Shown here piece by piece: positions 29,217 through 39,971 of a stretch of 64,000 nt of DNA (positions are counted from its first letter, which is position 1; each line of letters begins with the position of its first letter). The DNA lies in the NCBI GenBank assembly GCA_963740315.1, contig CAVUDP010000002.1, positions 3,744,001 to 3,808,000 on the forward strand, read 5' to 3'. Position numbers and translations under genes: made by a program. The notes under the pieces are model-generated. The model worked only from the letters and a program-made list of their open reading frames with translations. It was not told the DNA's origin and searched no databases. The stretch comes from an uncultured cyanobacterium (lineage in GTDB: Bacteria; Cyanobacteriota; Cyanobacteriia; Cyanobacteriales; Nostocaceae).

Positions 29217-32200
29217 ATGCCCAATCACGACATAATTGACAATCGCAATCAAAAACTAGTAGATAAAATAAACTGTATTCTTGACTCAACAGAAGCGGCT
29301 CATTTTGCGGTAGGTTATTTCTTTCTTTCTGGTTTCACTGCTATTGCAGAACGTCTCAAAAATATCAAAGAATTACGCTTATTAATTGGTAATACCAGCA
29401 ATCGCGAAACCATCGAACAAATCGCTCAAGGATACCGAAGATTAGAGTTAATTGAAGATAAAATTGAAGCTCAAATGTATCCTAAGCGTGTTGATGAAAA
29501 ACGGATGGCTAATGAAACAGCAGCCAATATCCGCTCTAGTATTGAATTAATGGATCAAACCGATGAAGCGGAGACTTTGGTTCAAAATCTTGTAGAGATG
29601 ATTGAAGAAAAACGGCTACAGGTTCGGGTTTACACTAAAGGAACTTTACACGCTAAAGCTTATATTTTTGATTACGGTAAAATTTACGATGATAAAGGTA
29701 GAGTTTTAGAGCGTTCAGAAAATGGTATTGCAGTTGTTGGTTCATCTAATCTTTCTCTTTCCGGTATTACACACAATACCGAACTTAATGTAGTAATTCA
29801 CGGAAACGATAACCATACAGAATTAACTCATTGGTTTGATGAACTATGGGATGAAGCGCAAGATTTTAATCAAGCTTTGATGCAAGAAATGAAAACATCT
29901 TGGGCTGGTTTACCAGTTCGTCCCTATGATGTTTATATGAAAACTCTTTATACTTTAGTCAAAGATAGATTAGAAAATACAGCAGAGTCAAAGAAATTAA
30001 TTATAGATGATGAAATCAGCAAACAATTAGCAGATTTTCAAAAAGTCGCTGTTAATAATGCCGTACAAAATATTCGAGACTATGATGGCGCTTTCGTCTC
30101 AGATGTAGTTGGACTTGGTAAGAGTTTTATCGGTGCTGCAATTGTTAAAAGATTTGAACAAACCGAAGGCGCACGTCCTTTAATTATTTGTCCCGCACCG
30201 CTACAAGAAATGTGGGAAAAATATAATGAAATTTATCATCTAAATGCTCGCGTTCTTTCAATGGGAATGTTGAAAGAAGATGAAGACGGAGATGTAAAAA
30301 CGTTATTGAACGATTATAAATATGAGGATAGAGACTTTGTATTAATTGATGAAAGTCATAATTTAAGAAATCAAAACACTCAAAGATATAAAGTAGTAGA
30401 AGCATTTTTAGGTGCTGGTAAACGCTGCTGCTTTTTAACAGCTACTCCTCGAAATAAAAGCGCTTGGGATATTTATCATCAACTCAAACTATTCCATCAA
30501 GATGATAAAACAAATTTACCTATAGATCCACCTGATTTAAAAGAATTTTTTCAACTAGTAGAAAGAGGTGAAAAGAAACTACCGGAATTACTATCTCATA
30601 TTCTTATCCGACGTACTCGAAACCATATCCTACGCTTCTACGGAATTGATTCACAAACCCATAAACAAGTAGATCCAACAAACTTCCATGAATACCTAAA
30701 TGGAAGCAAACGTGCTTATGTTATTGTCGGTGGGAAGCATCGCTTTTTCCCAAAAAGAGAATTAGAAACTATCGAGTATAGCATTGAAGATACCTATCAA
30801 GGACTTTACAAGGAATTACGTCAGCACTTAGGTAAACCCCGCAAGCGTAAATTAGTTAATGCTCCCACGAATGAACTCAGCTATGCTCGTTATGGCTTAT
30901 GGAACTTTGTTTCAAAAGATAAACGAAAACAAGAGCCATATAACACTTTACAGCGTGCGGGTTCTAATTTACGGGGACTGATGAGAGTGCTACTATTTAA
31001 ACGCTTTGAGTCGAGCGTTTATGCTTTTCAAGTAACTATCGAAAAATTATTATTAGTTCATCAAAGATTCCTAGAAGCTCTTTCCCAAGGTTTTATTCCT
31101 GCTGGAGAAGAAGCACAAAGTTTACTTTCAGAAAATCACAGTCAATTAGAAGAAGATTTTATCGAACAAGACTTAATGGATGAATTACGTCGAGTTTCGG
31201 GAAAATATGACTTAGCAGATTTCGACGCTGAAAGACTACAGCAACATATAGAACACGATATTAATTTATTACAAAAAATTCAACAATTAGTAGAACCAAT
31301 TACCCCCGATCAAGATACTAAATTACAAACGCTAAAAAAATGGTTATCTAAACCAGCTTTAAAAGATAAAAAAGTCATAATTTTTACTCAATTTGCAGAT
31401 ACAGCCAAATATTTATATGAAAATTTAAACCCAGGTGACAAGCATGATGATATTGATGTAATTTATAGCGGATTGAATAAAAATAAAGCTCGTTTAGTAG
31501 GAAGATTCGCACCGAAAGCTAACCCAGAGTATAAGTTGAAAGCTAATGAATCCGAAATTAACACTTTAATTACAACCGATATATTAGCAGAAGGTTTAAA
31601 TCTACAAGATGGGGATTTAATTATTAATTATGATTTACATTGGAATCCGGTAAAGCTGATTCAGCGTTTTGGTAGAATTGACAGAATCGGTAGCGATAAA
31701 GATGTAATTTATGGATATAACTTTTTACCAGAATTAGGAATTGAGCGTAATTTAGGGTTAACGCAGAAACTCAAAAATCGCATCCAGGAAATTCATGATA
31801 CAATCGGTGAAGATGCAGCGATTTTAGATAAAACAGAACGATTAAATGAAGAAGCAATGTATGCTATCTACGAGAATAAAGATAAGCAATTAAGTCTTTT
31901 TGATATTGATGACGAAGAAGAATTTTTGGACTTAAACGAAGCAGAAGAAATCTTAAGAAAATTACAGAAAGATGACTCAAGTGAATTTGAACGCATCGCT
32001 AATTTACCGCACGGTATTCGTACAGCTAAGTTCTCAACACAGAAAGGAACATTCGTTTTTTGTGAAGCTTCCGACCCCAATCGTCCCGAAATTAAAGGTT
32101 ATCAACAGCTATTTTTAGTGAATGACAAAGGAGAAATTATTTCTAGAGATATTCCCCTTATTCTCGGTACAATAAAAGCTGATTCTACAACTCCTACTTT

Positions 32201-32597
32201 AAAATTACCCAAAAATCACAATGCAATAGTAATGCACATCAAGCATCAATTTGCAGAAGAAGTTAAACATCGTCAGTCCGAGAGAGAGTTTAATCATCGC
32301 ATGACTCAAGGGCAAAAATATATCGTGCGGGAATTGAAGGTATTTTTTAAGTCAGTTAAAGATGAAGAGATAAAAGCTCAGATAAATATTATAGAAGAAG
32401 CGTTTCGACATTCCACAAATCAAGCGATTAATCGAGAGCTAAATAAACTACGTCGCAATGGTTTTGCAGGTAAAGAATTATTCGAGCAACTAAAAAAGAT
32501 TTATAATCAGCACAATATGCATCAATCGTATTCCCATAGCTTACCTACATTATCCACTCCAATTCCTATAATTATTTGTAGTGAAGCACTGGTATAA
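29217..32597 (+). CDS. PLD-nuclease / SNF2-type helicase fusion
   Basis: LHAKAYIFD...GSSNLS (HKD), DVVGLGKS, IDESHN, TATP, EGLNLQ, QRFGRIDRIG. Confidence 0.9.
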   Translation: MPNHDIIDNRNQKLVDKINCILDSTEAAHFAVGYFFLSGFTAIAERLKNIKELRLLIGNTSNRETIEQIAQGYRRLELIEDKIEAQMYPKRVDEKRMANETAANIRSSIELMDQTDEAETLVQNLVEMIEEKRLQVRVYTKGTLHAKAYIFDYGKIYDDKGRVLERSENGIAVVGSSNLSLSGITHNTELNVVIHGNDNHTELTHWFDELWDEAQDFNQALMQEMKTSWAGLPVRPYDVYMKTLYTLVKDRLENTAESKKLIIDDEISKQLADFQKVAVNNAVQNIRDYDGAFVSDVVGLGKSFIGAAIVKRFEQTEGARPLIICPAPLQEMWEKYNEIYHLNARVLSMGMLKEDEDGDVKTLLNDYKYEDRDFVLIDESHNLRNQNTQRYKVVEAFLGAGKRCCFLTATPRNKSAWDIYHQLKLFHQDDKTNLPIDPPDLKEFFQLVERGEKKLPELLSHILIRRTRNHILRFYGIDSQTHKQVDPTNFHEYLNGSKRAYVIVGGKHRFFPKRELETIEYSIEDTYQGLYKELRQHLGKPRKRKLVNAPTNELSYARYGLWNFVSKDKRKQEPYNTLQRAGSNLRGLMRVLLFKRFESSVYAFQVTIEKLLLVHQRFLEALSQGFIPAGEEAQSLLSENHSQLEEDFIEQDLMDELRRVSGKYDLADFDAERLQQHIEHDINLLQKIQQLVEPITPDQDTKLQTLKKWLSKPALKDKKVIIFTQFADTAKYLYENLNPGDKHDDIDVIYSGLNKNKARLVGRFAPKANPEYKLKANESEINTLITTDILAEGLNLQDGDLIINYDLHWNPVKLIQRFGRIDRIGSDKDVIYGYNFLPELGIERNLGLTQKLKNRIQEIHDTIGEDAAILDKTERLNEEAMYAIYENKDKQLSLFDIDDEEEFLDLNEAEEILRKLQKDDSSEFERIANLPHGIRTAKFSTQKGTFVFCEASDPNRPEIKGYQQLFLVNDKGEIISRDIPLILGTIKADSTTPTLKLPKNHNAIVMHIKHQFAEEVKHRQSEREFNHRMTQGQKYIVRELKVFFKSVKDEEIKAQINIIEEAFRHSTNQAINRELNKLRRNGFAGKELFEQLKKIYNQHNMHQSYSHSLPTLSTPIPIIICSEALV

Positions 32598-33124
32598 ATA
32601 TCATTAGATTACTCGGTTACTCCTAACACTTTTAGAATTTTCCTCACAGGTGCTTTCTGGGCTTCTAATTGCTGCACTTTAGATAATAAACACTTGGGAA
32701 TATAAGTGAAGCATATGAATTCTTTTTCATGAAAGGTAACTGCCAATCATACCAAGCCTGCTGATACTGTTTACCGTTCTTCTTAGTAATAGTCCAAAGC
32801 GTGTATTCTACCCGTACCATTGCCACGACTTCTTCTTTTAGTACTACTGGTTTACTCACGAAAACTTCAGCTTAACAATTGGCGGATAAATACTCTACTC
32901 AAAAGATAAAATACGATGTTGCCTGGGATTGGAACCAGTAAAAGCAACTAATCGCAGTAAAGAAATAAGATAAAACGATTTATGATGCTCCGGGAGTCTA
33001 CTATGAAGCGAGAACCCCCTAATGGTGAATCTTTAGCAAGATTATTTACCGATTTACTACTGTTAATTAGAGTCGGTTTTTTAAGGCTCTTATACCACCT
33101 TTTCAACTTATGCTCTTGATACTG

Positions 33125-33310
33125 CTAAACTGGTGCAAATGAGTAGTTAGGTCGTGAAGCTCTAATATGTAAGATTGAGAAGCAGGATAAAATATTTTGA
33201 TAATTAACAAGGCTGAAAAATAAAAATATGGAAGTAACGGCAAAAAGCAAAGCTTCAAATAGTTTGTAGGTGACGATTGCAGTTAAAGCTAAAGAGCGAT
33301 TTTTTCGCAT
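33125..33310 (-). pseudogene. DUF2127-like membrane protein, 5' fragment
   Basis: LTAIVTYKLFEALL resembles the family N-terminus; ORF ends prematurely. Confidence 0.4.
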
Positions 33311-33395
33311 ATAAGTTTATTTGCTAGTCCTTGAATAGCTTTATAATACTTGGATTTATGTTAATTTAAATTGAACCTAAAACCGGAATCAAACA

Positions 33396-33674
33396 CTAAA
33401 TAGTCCATAGAAAAAACATCAGCATTCCGGCAAGTACAAGGGAAAAGAGAATCGCGTATTCAACCCTACGATTAATAATTCCAATAGCAAAGCTAACCAT
33501 AACTATGAGGAAAAAAAGACCAATATAAATGACATTTTCTCCAGCTTTATCAATTAAGGAATCGCTTTGAGGTGGTAGATTTTCCGATTGGTTAATTTGC
33601 GCTAAAAATATTCCTATTTTTTGTAACAGTCGTATTTGAAGTACAATTTCGAGGCTTTTAAATATCACTTTCAA
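33396..33674 (-). CDS. small hypothetical membrane protein
   Basis: Two C-terminal TM helices; start uncertain. Confidence 0.45.
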   Translation of the reverse strand: MKVIFKSLEIVLQIRLLQKIGIFLAQINQSENLPPQSDSLIDKAGENVIYIGLFFLIVMVSFAIGIINRRVEYAILFSLVLAGMLMFFLWTI

Positions 33675-33774
33675 ATAACCAATATTACTGATTGAACCGT
33701 TCTTGAGTAGGCTGAGGTTGTCTTGGTGGCTGCTTTGTTATCAATGCCCAACCTAAACCTAGAAGTAATGATTG

Positions 33775-36273
33775 TCAAGCCCTCAATCTTTTTGTAGACA
33801 ATACTAAATTATGATGATTAAACAATCTATATGCTAAATGTTTTACCGCATCAGTAATAAATAAGAACAAGAAAGAATAACCCCAAACTAAAACAGCGTA
33901 ATTGAATCCAATGGGTGCAATTAATCCCAAACCGAAAATAGCCACTAAAGTAGCAATTATTTGAGTCGAAAATACAGCTATTAACAAAATTTTTGCCGGT
34001 TTTTCTGTCCAGAAAGTTTTTTTGGTACGGGTTGCAAAAATTGTTAAATGTCCAGCAATAGAAAGCTTTAAGTACACTAGGGTTTGTAGCATTTCTGTAT
34101 TGAACTGTAATATCTCTTTACCTATATACAAAATACCAAAAGAGCCAAACACACTAGCAATGCCAATTAGGGTAGATACACCCAACACAACTGGCATATC
34201 CCAAGCGGCTGGTTTACTGGCAGGAATTGCCCTGTCGTAGGCGATCGCCAAAATTGCACCGTCATTTAGTAAAGCCAGCAAAACAATCATAATTGCTGTC
34301 ATGGGATAAAAATTGAAAATTAAAATTGAAAGCGTCATGAAAATTAAAATGGCTATCGTTTCGGCAATCCGGTAGACAACGTAACTATACATCCGTTCAA
34401 AAATTTTGCGACTTTCTCTGACGGCATCAGCGATTACGGATAATCCCGGTGCTAATAAAACGATATCAGCCGCAGCACGGGCAGCATCAGTTGCCCCAGA
34501 AACAGCAATTCCGGCATCTGCTTTTTTCAAAGCTGGGGCATCGTTCACACCATCCCCTGTCATGCCAACAATATGACCTTGCTGTTGTAGTGCTTCTACA
34601 ATGTCATATTTATGCTCAGGGAAAACCTGACCAAACCCATCGGCTTCCATCACTGCATCCGCTAGCCTTGCCATGTGATGGGAGGGGCTTTCCTCAAATA
34701 GCTTGGCATCAAGAATATTGCTTCCTAAACCGACTTGCTGACAAGTTTCTTTAGCGATCGCCACTTGGTCGCCTGTAAGCATTTTTACTTTTACACCCAA
34801 GCGTTTTAAGTCTTCAATTACCAATTTAGAATCGCTGCGCGGTGGGTCAAATAGGGGTTATTGCCGAGAAATTGCCAATTACCTTCAGGGTTAGTCCGAG
34901 CCACACCTAGCGCCCGAAAGCCGCGTTTAGCAAAGTCATCAATGGTTTTGTTGACAAATTTCTCAAGTTCAGCAGAGTTATCAACAAGAGTTAAAATTAC
35001 CTGGGGCGCTACGAAGGCTAACTTTAAATTCTTGACCGTCACCTGTTGTAGAAATAGTGCCTTCTGTACGTTTAATTACTGGATCGAAGGGTAAGAAACG
35101 AGTTACTTGATAACTAGTCAGTTGTTGTTTATCTTTTAAACCCTCCATGATTGCTTTATCAATGGGGTCTTCATTGGCGTTATTTGAGGCAAGGGCTGCG
35201 GCTAAAATTACATCATCAGTAGTGAAATTACTTAAACTAACTGGCTCTCCCAAACTCAATTGATTTAAGGTCAAAGTACCAGTTTTATCCGAGCAGAGGA
35301 TATCCATGCCAGCGATTTCTTCAATTGATTCCAAATGACTAACAATCGCTTGTTTTTTCGCTAAAGTTTGGGAGCCAATTGCCATAGTTGCTGATAAGAC
35401 TGTAGGCATTGCTACCGGGATAGATGCCACAGTCAACACTAAAACAAATTTTAAAATGTTAAGTATACTGTCATGCCGATAAAGCGCTACAAATAGAATT
35501 AGCACCACCAACACTAAAGCGGTGGCAATTAAAAAATTACCAATTCTTAAGATAGTTTGCTGAAAATGGCTGTGAGTGGTAGCGGTATCGACTAATTTAG
35601 CGGTTTTACCAAAAAATGTATTCGCACCTGTGGCATAAACCAGTCCATCAATTTCACCTCGTTTCAAAACTGAACCAGAATATACCGCATCTCCTGATTT
35701 TCGGTTAACTGGTAGAGATTCCCCAGTTAAAGCGGCTTGATCGACTTCGATGGAGTCACCTGCGAGTAAACGCATATCAGCAGGAAGAACATCACCAATT
35801 CGCAGGTGAACAATATCCCCCCGAACCAGTTCCCGTGCTGGAATTGTAATCAACTGTCCCTCTCGCTTGACGCGGGCATTCAAGGCAAGTTGGGCTTTGA
35901 GGGCAGCAATGGCATTTCCGGCTTCAAATTCTTCCCAAAAGCCAATTACACCATTAACGATCAATAGAACTAAAATAATTGCAAAATCAGCCCAATCCTG
36001 AACGATTGCAGATAAAATTACTGCTGCTTCAATCATCCAAGGAATTGGTCCCCAAAAGTGAGAAAAAAACTGTTGTAAAGCACTGATTTTTTTCTGTGCT
36101 AATTCATTGTAGCCATAGGTTGAAAGACGACGTTGAGCTTCCTCATGGCTGAGTCCAGTTTCTAAATCAACCCCCAATTTAGCTTGCAATTCTGATAAGT
36201 TAAGATTTGCTAAATCTACGTTAATTGTTTGGGAGTTTTGGGTTTGTTTATCCGAAGAAAGCTTTTGTTTCAT
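33775..36273 (-). pseudogene. P3A-type H+-exporting P-type ATPase, frameshifted twice
   Basis: TGES, CSDKTGTLT, MLTGD, GDGVNDAPAL split over three ORFs; breaks near 35010 and 34860. Confidence 0.9.
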
Positions 36274-36389
36274 AAAACCTCGTGGGAAGCATGGAATGAG
36301 CGCGTCTTTTATTAATTAATGAATTAGTATAGTGCCATTCGGCTCTACACTAGTTCATTGATTGATCTCAAGAGAATCATTTCAAATAA

Positions 36390-38844
36390 CTATAGGCGTT
36401 TTTCGACCAGCGATTGCTCTGGCTGCGTTGCACCCAAACTCCACTTCCAGTTGCGGATTTCCGGCAAGTCTTCGCCGTGCTTGTCAATGTAATGCTTATG
36501 CTCGATCAACTTGTCCTGCATCATCTGCTTGAGATAGGCTCCCTTACTACCCAAATGCGGCAAGCGATCCACCACATCTTGCACCAGATGAAAGCGATCC
36601 AGGTCATTTTGCACCCTGATGTCAAAAGCCGTTGTGATCGTGCCTTCTTCCTTGTAGCCCCGGACGTGGAGATTGCGATTGGTGCGGCGGTAGGTCAGCC
36701 GATGCACCAGCCAGGGATATCCATGAAAGCCAAAGATGATATGCTTGTCTTTGGTAAAGAGTGAATCGTAATCCGTTTCGCTCAGTCCGTGCGGATGCTC
36801 GCTCTCGGACTGCAACTTCATCAGATCTACGACATTGATCACCCGAATTCTCAGATCGGGCAGATGTTCTCGTAGGATGGAAACGGCAGCCAAAATCTCT
36901 AGCGTCGGCGTATCTCCACAGCAAGCCATCACCACATCCGGCTCGGTATCCCGATCGTTGCTAGCCCATTGCCAGATGCCAATGCCTTCAGTGCAATGCA
37001 CGATCGCCGCTTCCATACTCAGCCATTGTGGGAGGGCGTGTTTGCCAGCAACCACCACATTCACGTAGTGTCGGCTGCGTAAACAGTGATCGAAGACCGA
37101 TAGCAGACAGTTTGCGTCGGGTGGCAGGTACACGCGCACGATATCGGCTTTCTTGTTGATAACATGGTCGAGGAAACCGGGTTCTGGTGCGTGAAGCCGT
37201 TATGATCCTGCTGCCAGACGTGGGAGGCAAGCAGATAGTTCAGCGATGCGATCGGTCGTCGCCAGGGGAGTTCCGACGTGACCTTCAGCCATTTGGCGTG
37301 CTGGCTGAACATCGAATCAACGATGCGAATAAACGCCTCATAGCTGTTGAATAGCCCGTGCCGCCCAGTTAGCAGATAGCCTTCCAACCAACCTTGGCAC
37401 TGATGTTCGCTGAGCATCGAGTCCAGTACTTGTCCGGCTGGTGCGAGGAATTGATCATTTTTTTCTTCCCGCGCTTCCCACTGACGATTAGTGACTTCAA
37501 ACACCGCGCCCAAAAGATTCGAGAATGTCTCATCCGGACCGAAGATGCGGAAATTGCGCTGATTTAACTTGACTACATCACGCAGGAATTTGCCCAGTAC
37601 GAGGGTATCTTGACCGTCAACGGCACCAGGTGAAGGCACATACACCGCGTGGTCGCGGAAGTCTGGCATTTGCAGGTCGTGTAGTAGTATGCCGCCGTTG
37701 GCGTGGGGGTTCATGCCCATGCGGCGATCGCCTTTCGGTGCCAGTTCAGCTAATTCCGGCAGGAGACATCCGTTTTCATCGAACAGTTCGGAAGCCTTGT
37801 AGCTTTTCATCCAGCTTTCCAACTGCTGGACATGACCGGGATGCTCGGAGTTCACCGCTTTTGCGGCACCTGGTGCGATCGCGATGTGCTTTCAATTTGC
37901 AGACCATCGACAACTTTTGGCCCCGTCCAGCCCTTGGGCGACTTGAGGACGATTACGGGCCAGCGTGGGCGAGTAGTATCTTTATTGTTGCGTGCATTGC
38001 TTTGGATTTGCTGAATGTCCTCAATCGCCTTGTCCACGGTACTAGCCATAAGTTCGTGCATCTTTTCCGGCTCATCACCTTCCACAAATTTTGGTGTCCA
38101 GCCGCAACCTCTAAGAAATTGCTCTAACTCATCATGCTCGATCCGAGCCAAGACGGTTGGGTTATTGATTTTGTAGCCATTCAGGTGCAGGATTGGCAGC
38201 ACAGCACCGTCGGTAATCGGGTTGAGTAACTTGTTGGACTGCCATGCGGTCGCTAAGGGTCCCGTCTCCGCTTCCCCGTCGCCAATGACACAAGCGACAA
38301 TCAGATCGGGATTGTCGAAGGCAGCGCCGAAAGCATGACTGAGCGAGTACCCCAACTCACCTCCTTCGTGAATTGAACCGGGCGTTGTCGGCGCAGCGTG
38401 GCTGGAAATCCCACCAGGAAATGAGAATTGCGTGAACAGCTTTTTCAACCCAGCTTCGTCCTGAGTAATGTTGGGATAAACTTCGCTCCAGGTGCCTTCG
38501 AGGTAAACGTTGCCCACAATTGCTGGGCCACCATGACCGGGGCCAGCGATATAGAGCATATCTAGGTCATATTTCTTGATCGCCCGATTCAAGTGTACAT
38601 AGATGAAATTCTGTCCCGGTGTCGTACCCCAGTGTCCAACCACCAATGGTTTGACGTGGGAGAGTTTCAGCGGCTCCTTCAACAATGGATTGTCGTAGAG
38701 ATAAATTTGCCCAACCGATACATAGTTGGCGGCACGCCAGTAGGCATCTATCTTGTGGAGTAATTCTGGGGAAAGAGTCTTTGTTTTTATGCTCGATCGC
38801 CTAATTTCTAAGTCCAATACGCCAGTCTGATCAATTGTGTTCAC
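36390..38844 (-). pseudogene. xfp: xylulose-5-P/fructose-6-P phosphoketolase, frameshifted twice
   Basis: [53 protein letters not shown] over three ORFs. Confidence 0.92.
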
Positions 38845-38944
38845 GGTTTTTCCCTCTTTATTTATCTTGATTAAGTTTTGTATCTTTTATGACTAAAAAC
38901 TACTAGGAAGAGCTTGCAGTGTAAGGCGTGGCTTTGAATCGTTA

Positions 38945-39496
38945 CTACAAAACCCGTCGCTGTACTGAATGTGGGGCAAGCATCCAAATGCCATCAAAAA
39001 GGAGATTGACTCCAATTAAAGTGCCAATCAGCCAAGCGGCGCTAAAGGGAAAGCTAGACCAAACGAAAATACCGCAAATAATCCCAACGATGCCGCTCGC
39101 AAGTATCCATCCCCAGTTTGATGAAATCCGACGCATTTGAAATGCAAGGATTACTTGAATCATGCCTTGCACAAAAATGGTAATACCCAACACTAACGTG
39201 AAAGCAAGTACCCCTTCGAGTGGATTTACCATGACGATAATTCCAGCCAGGAGATATAAAGCACCAAGAATCAGCTTCCAGACAAACTTACCTATGCCTT
39301 TTGATTGAAAAGCATAAATAATTTGAGCAATTCCCGCAACAATAAATACCCAGCCGAACACTAAGGTTGAAGCAATGGTGGCAAACAAGGGAAACGCAAT
39401 CGCAATTATACCTAGCACAATCATGAAAACTGCGATCGCACTTAGCCATTTAGAGCTAACCACTTGTTGATCGGTTTCAGGCTCTGTAACTCTCAT
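38945..39496 (-). CDS. HdeD/DUF308 family membrane protein
   Basis: Six TM helices; AAWLIGTLIGVNLLFDG. Confidence 0.85.
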   Translation of the reverse strand: MRVTEPETDQQVVSSKWLSAIAVFMIVLGIIAIAFPLFATIASTLVFGWVFIVAGIAQIIYAFQSKGIGKFVWKLILGALYLLAGIIVMVNPLEGVLAFTLVLGITIFVQGMIQVILAFQMRRISSNWGWILASGIVGIICGIFVWSSFPFSAAWLIGTLIGVNLLFDGIWMLAPHSVQRRVL

Positions 39497-39522
39497 GTCA
39501 ATCTCCTTTTGAATTAAATCCT

Positions 39523-39605
39523 AAAAGATGGGGCGAAAGTCTCATTTGAGGCACTCACCGGCTGAGTATAGAAACCCCGTCCGCCTATGCGGCGGGGTAG
39601 TTCAC
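39523..39605 (+). mobile_element. orphan IS200/IS605 right end / TnpB omegaRNA-like remnant
   Basis: AGATGGGGCGAAAGTCTCATTT hairpin, then GAAACCCCG..CGGGGTAGTTCAC terminal hairpin. Confidence 0.55.
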
Positions 39606-39669
39606 TTTTGAATGTTTAATCGGAAGCACGTATAAGTTTAGAACTCATTTCAACACTAAGATAGAATAA

Positions 39670-39685
39670 TGAGGAACTTGTGAAG
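39670..39685 (-). promoter_or_regulatory. CCTCA box variant CTTCACAAGTTCCTCA, TAGTGT 11 bp downstream
   Basis: Upstream of the hdeD-xfp-ATPase run. Confidence 0.7.
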
Positions 39686-39971
39686 AAACTTTTAAATAAC
39701 GCCCCGAAAAATGCAATAAGGGTATTAAAACGTAATCGTATTTTTAAAAGACCTCATGTTTCTATAGCTAAAATTTATCTAAAAACAAGACTTAAAGAAT
39801 TGAGATAATAAGTACTGAAAAACCCATATTTGATTGCTTAGATAAACAACCACTACGATAAAGAACTGAAAAAAGCACGAGCGTTAAAGCCTGCGTTGGA
39901 ACTGCACAAATTGCCGTTTTCGCGACAATCCAGGAATCAAAATAAATAGCAAAAGATTTCAACACGAAATC

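Noticed and set aside
24798..32597. Call as DISARM or BREX
   Set aside because: No DrmA/DrmB (DUF1998), PglZ or BrxC genes in the locus.
32640..32657. CCTCACAGG as an eleventh CCTCA box
   Set aside because: Only one half-site, and no correctly oriented downstream gene.
32665..32859. 64-aa ORF after the helicase
   Set aside because: Short, with no recognisable family; possibly a fragment, and cannot be supported.
36414..38127. Multiple overlapping ORFs in the xfp region, and similar antisense ORFs elsewhere
   Set aside because: They are shadow frames of real genes, favoured by locally higher GC.
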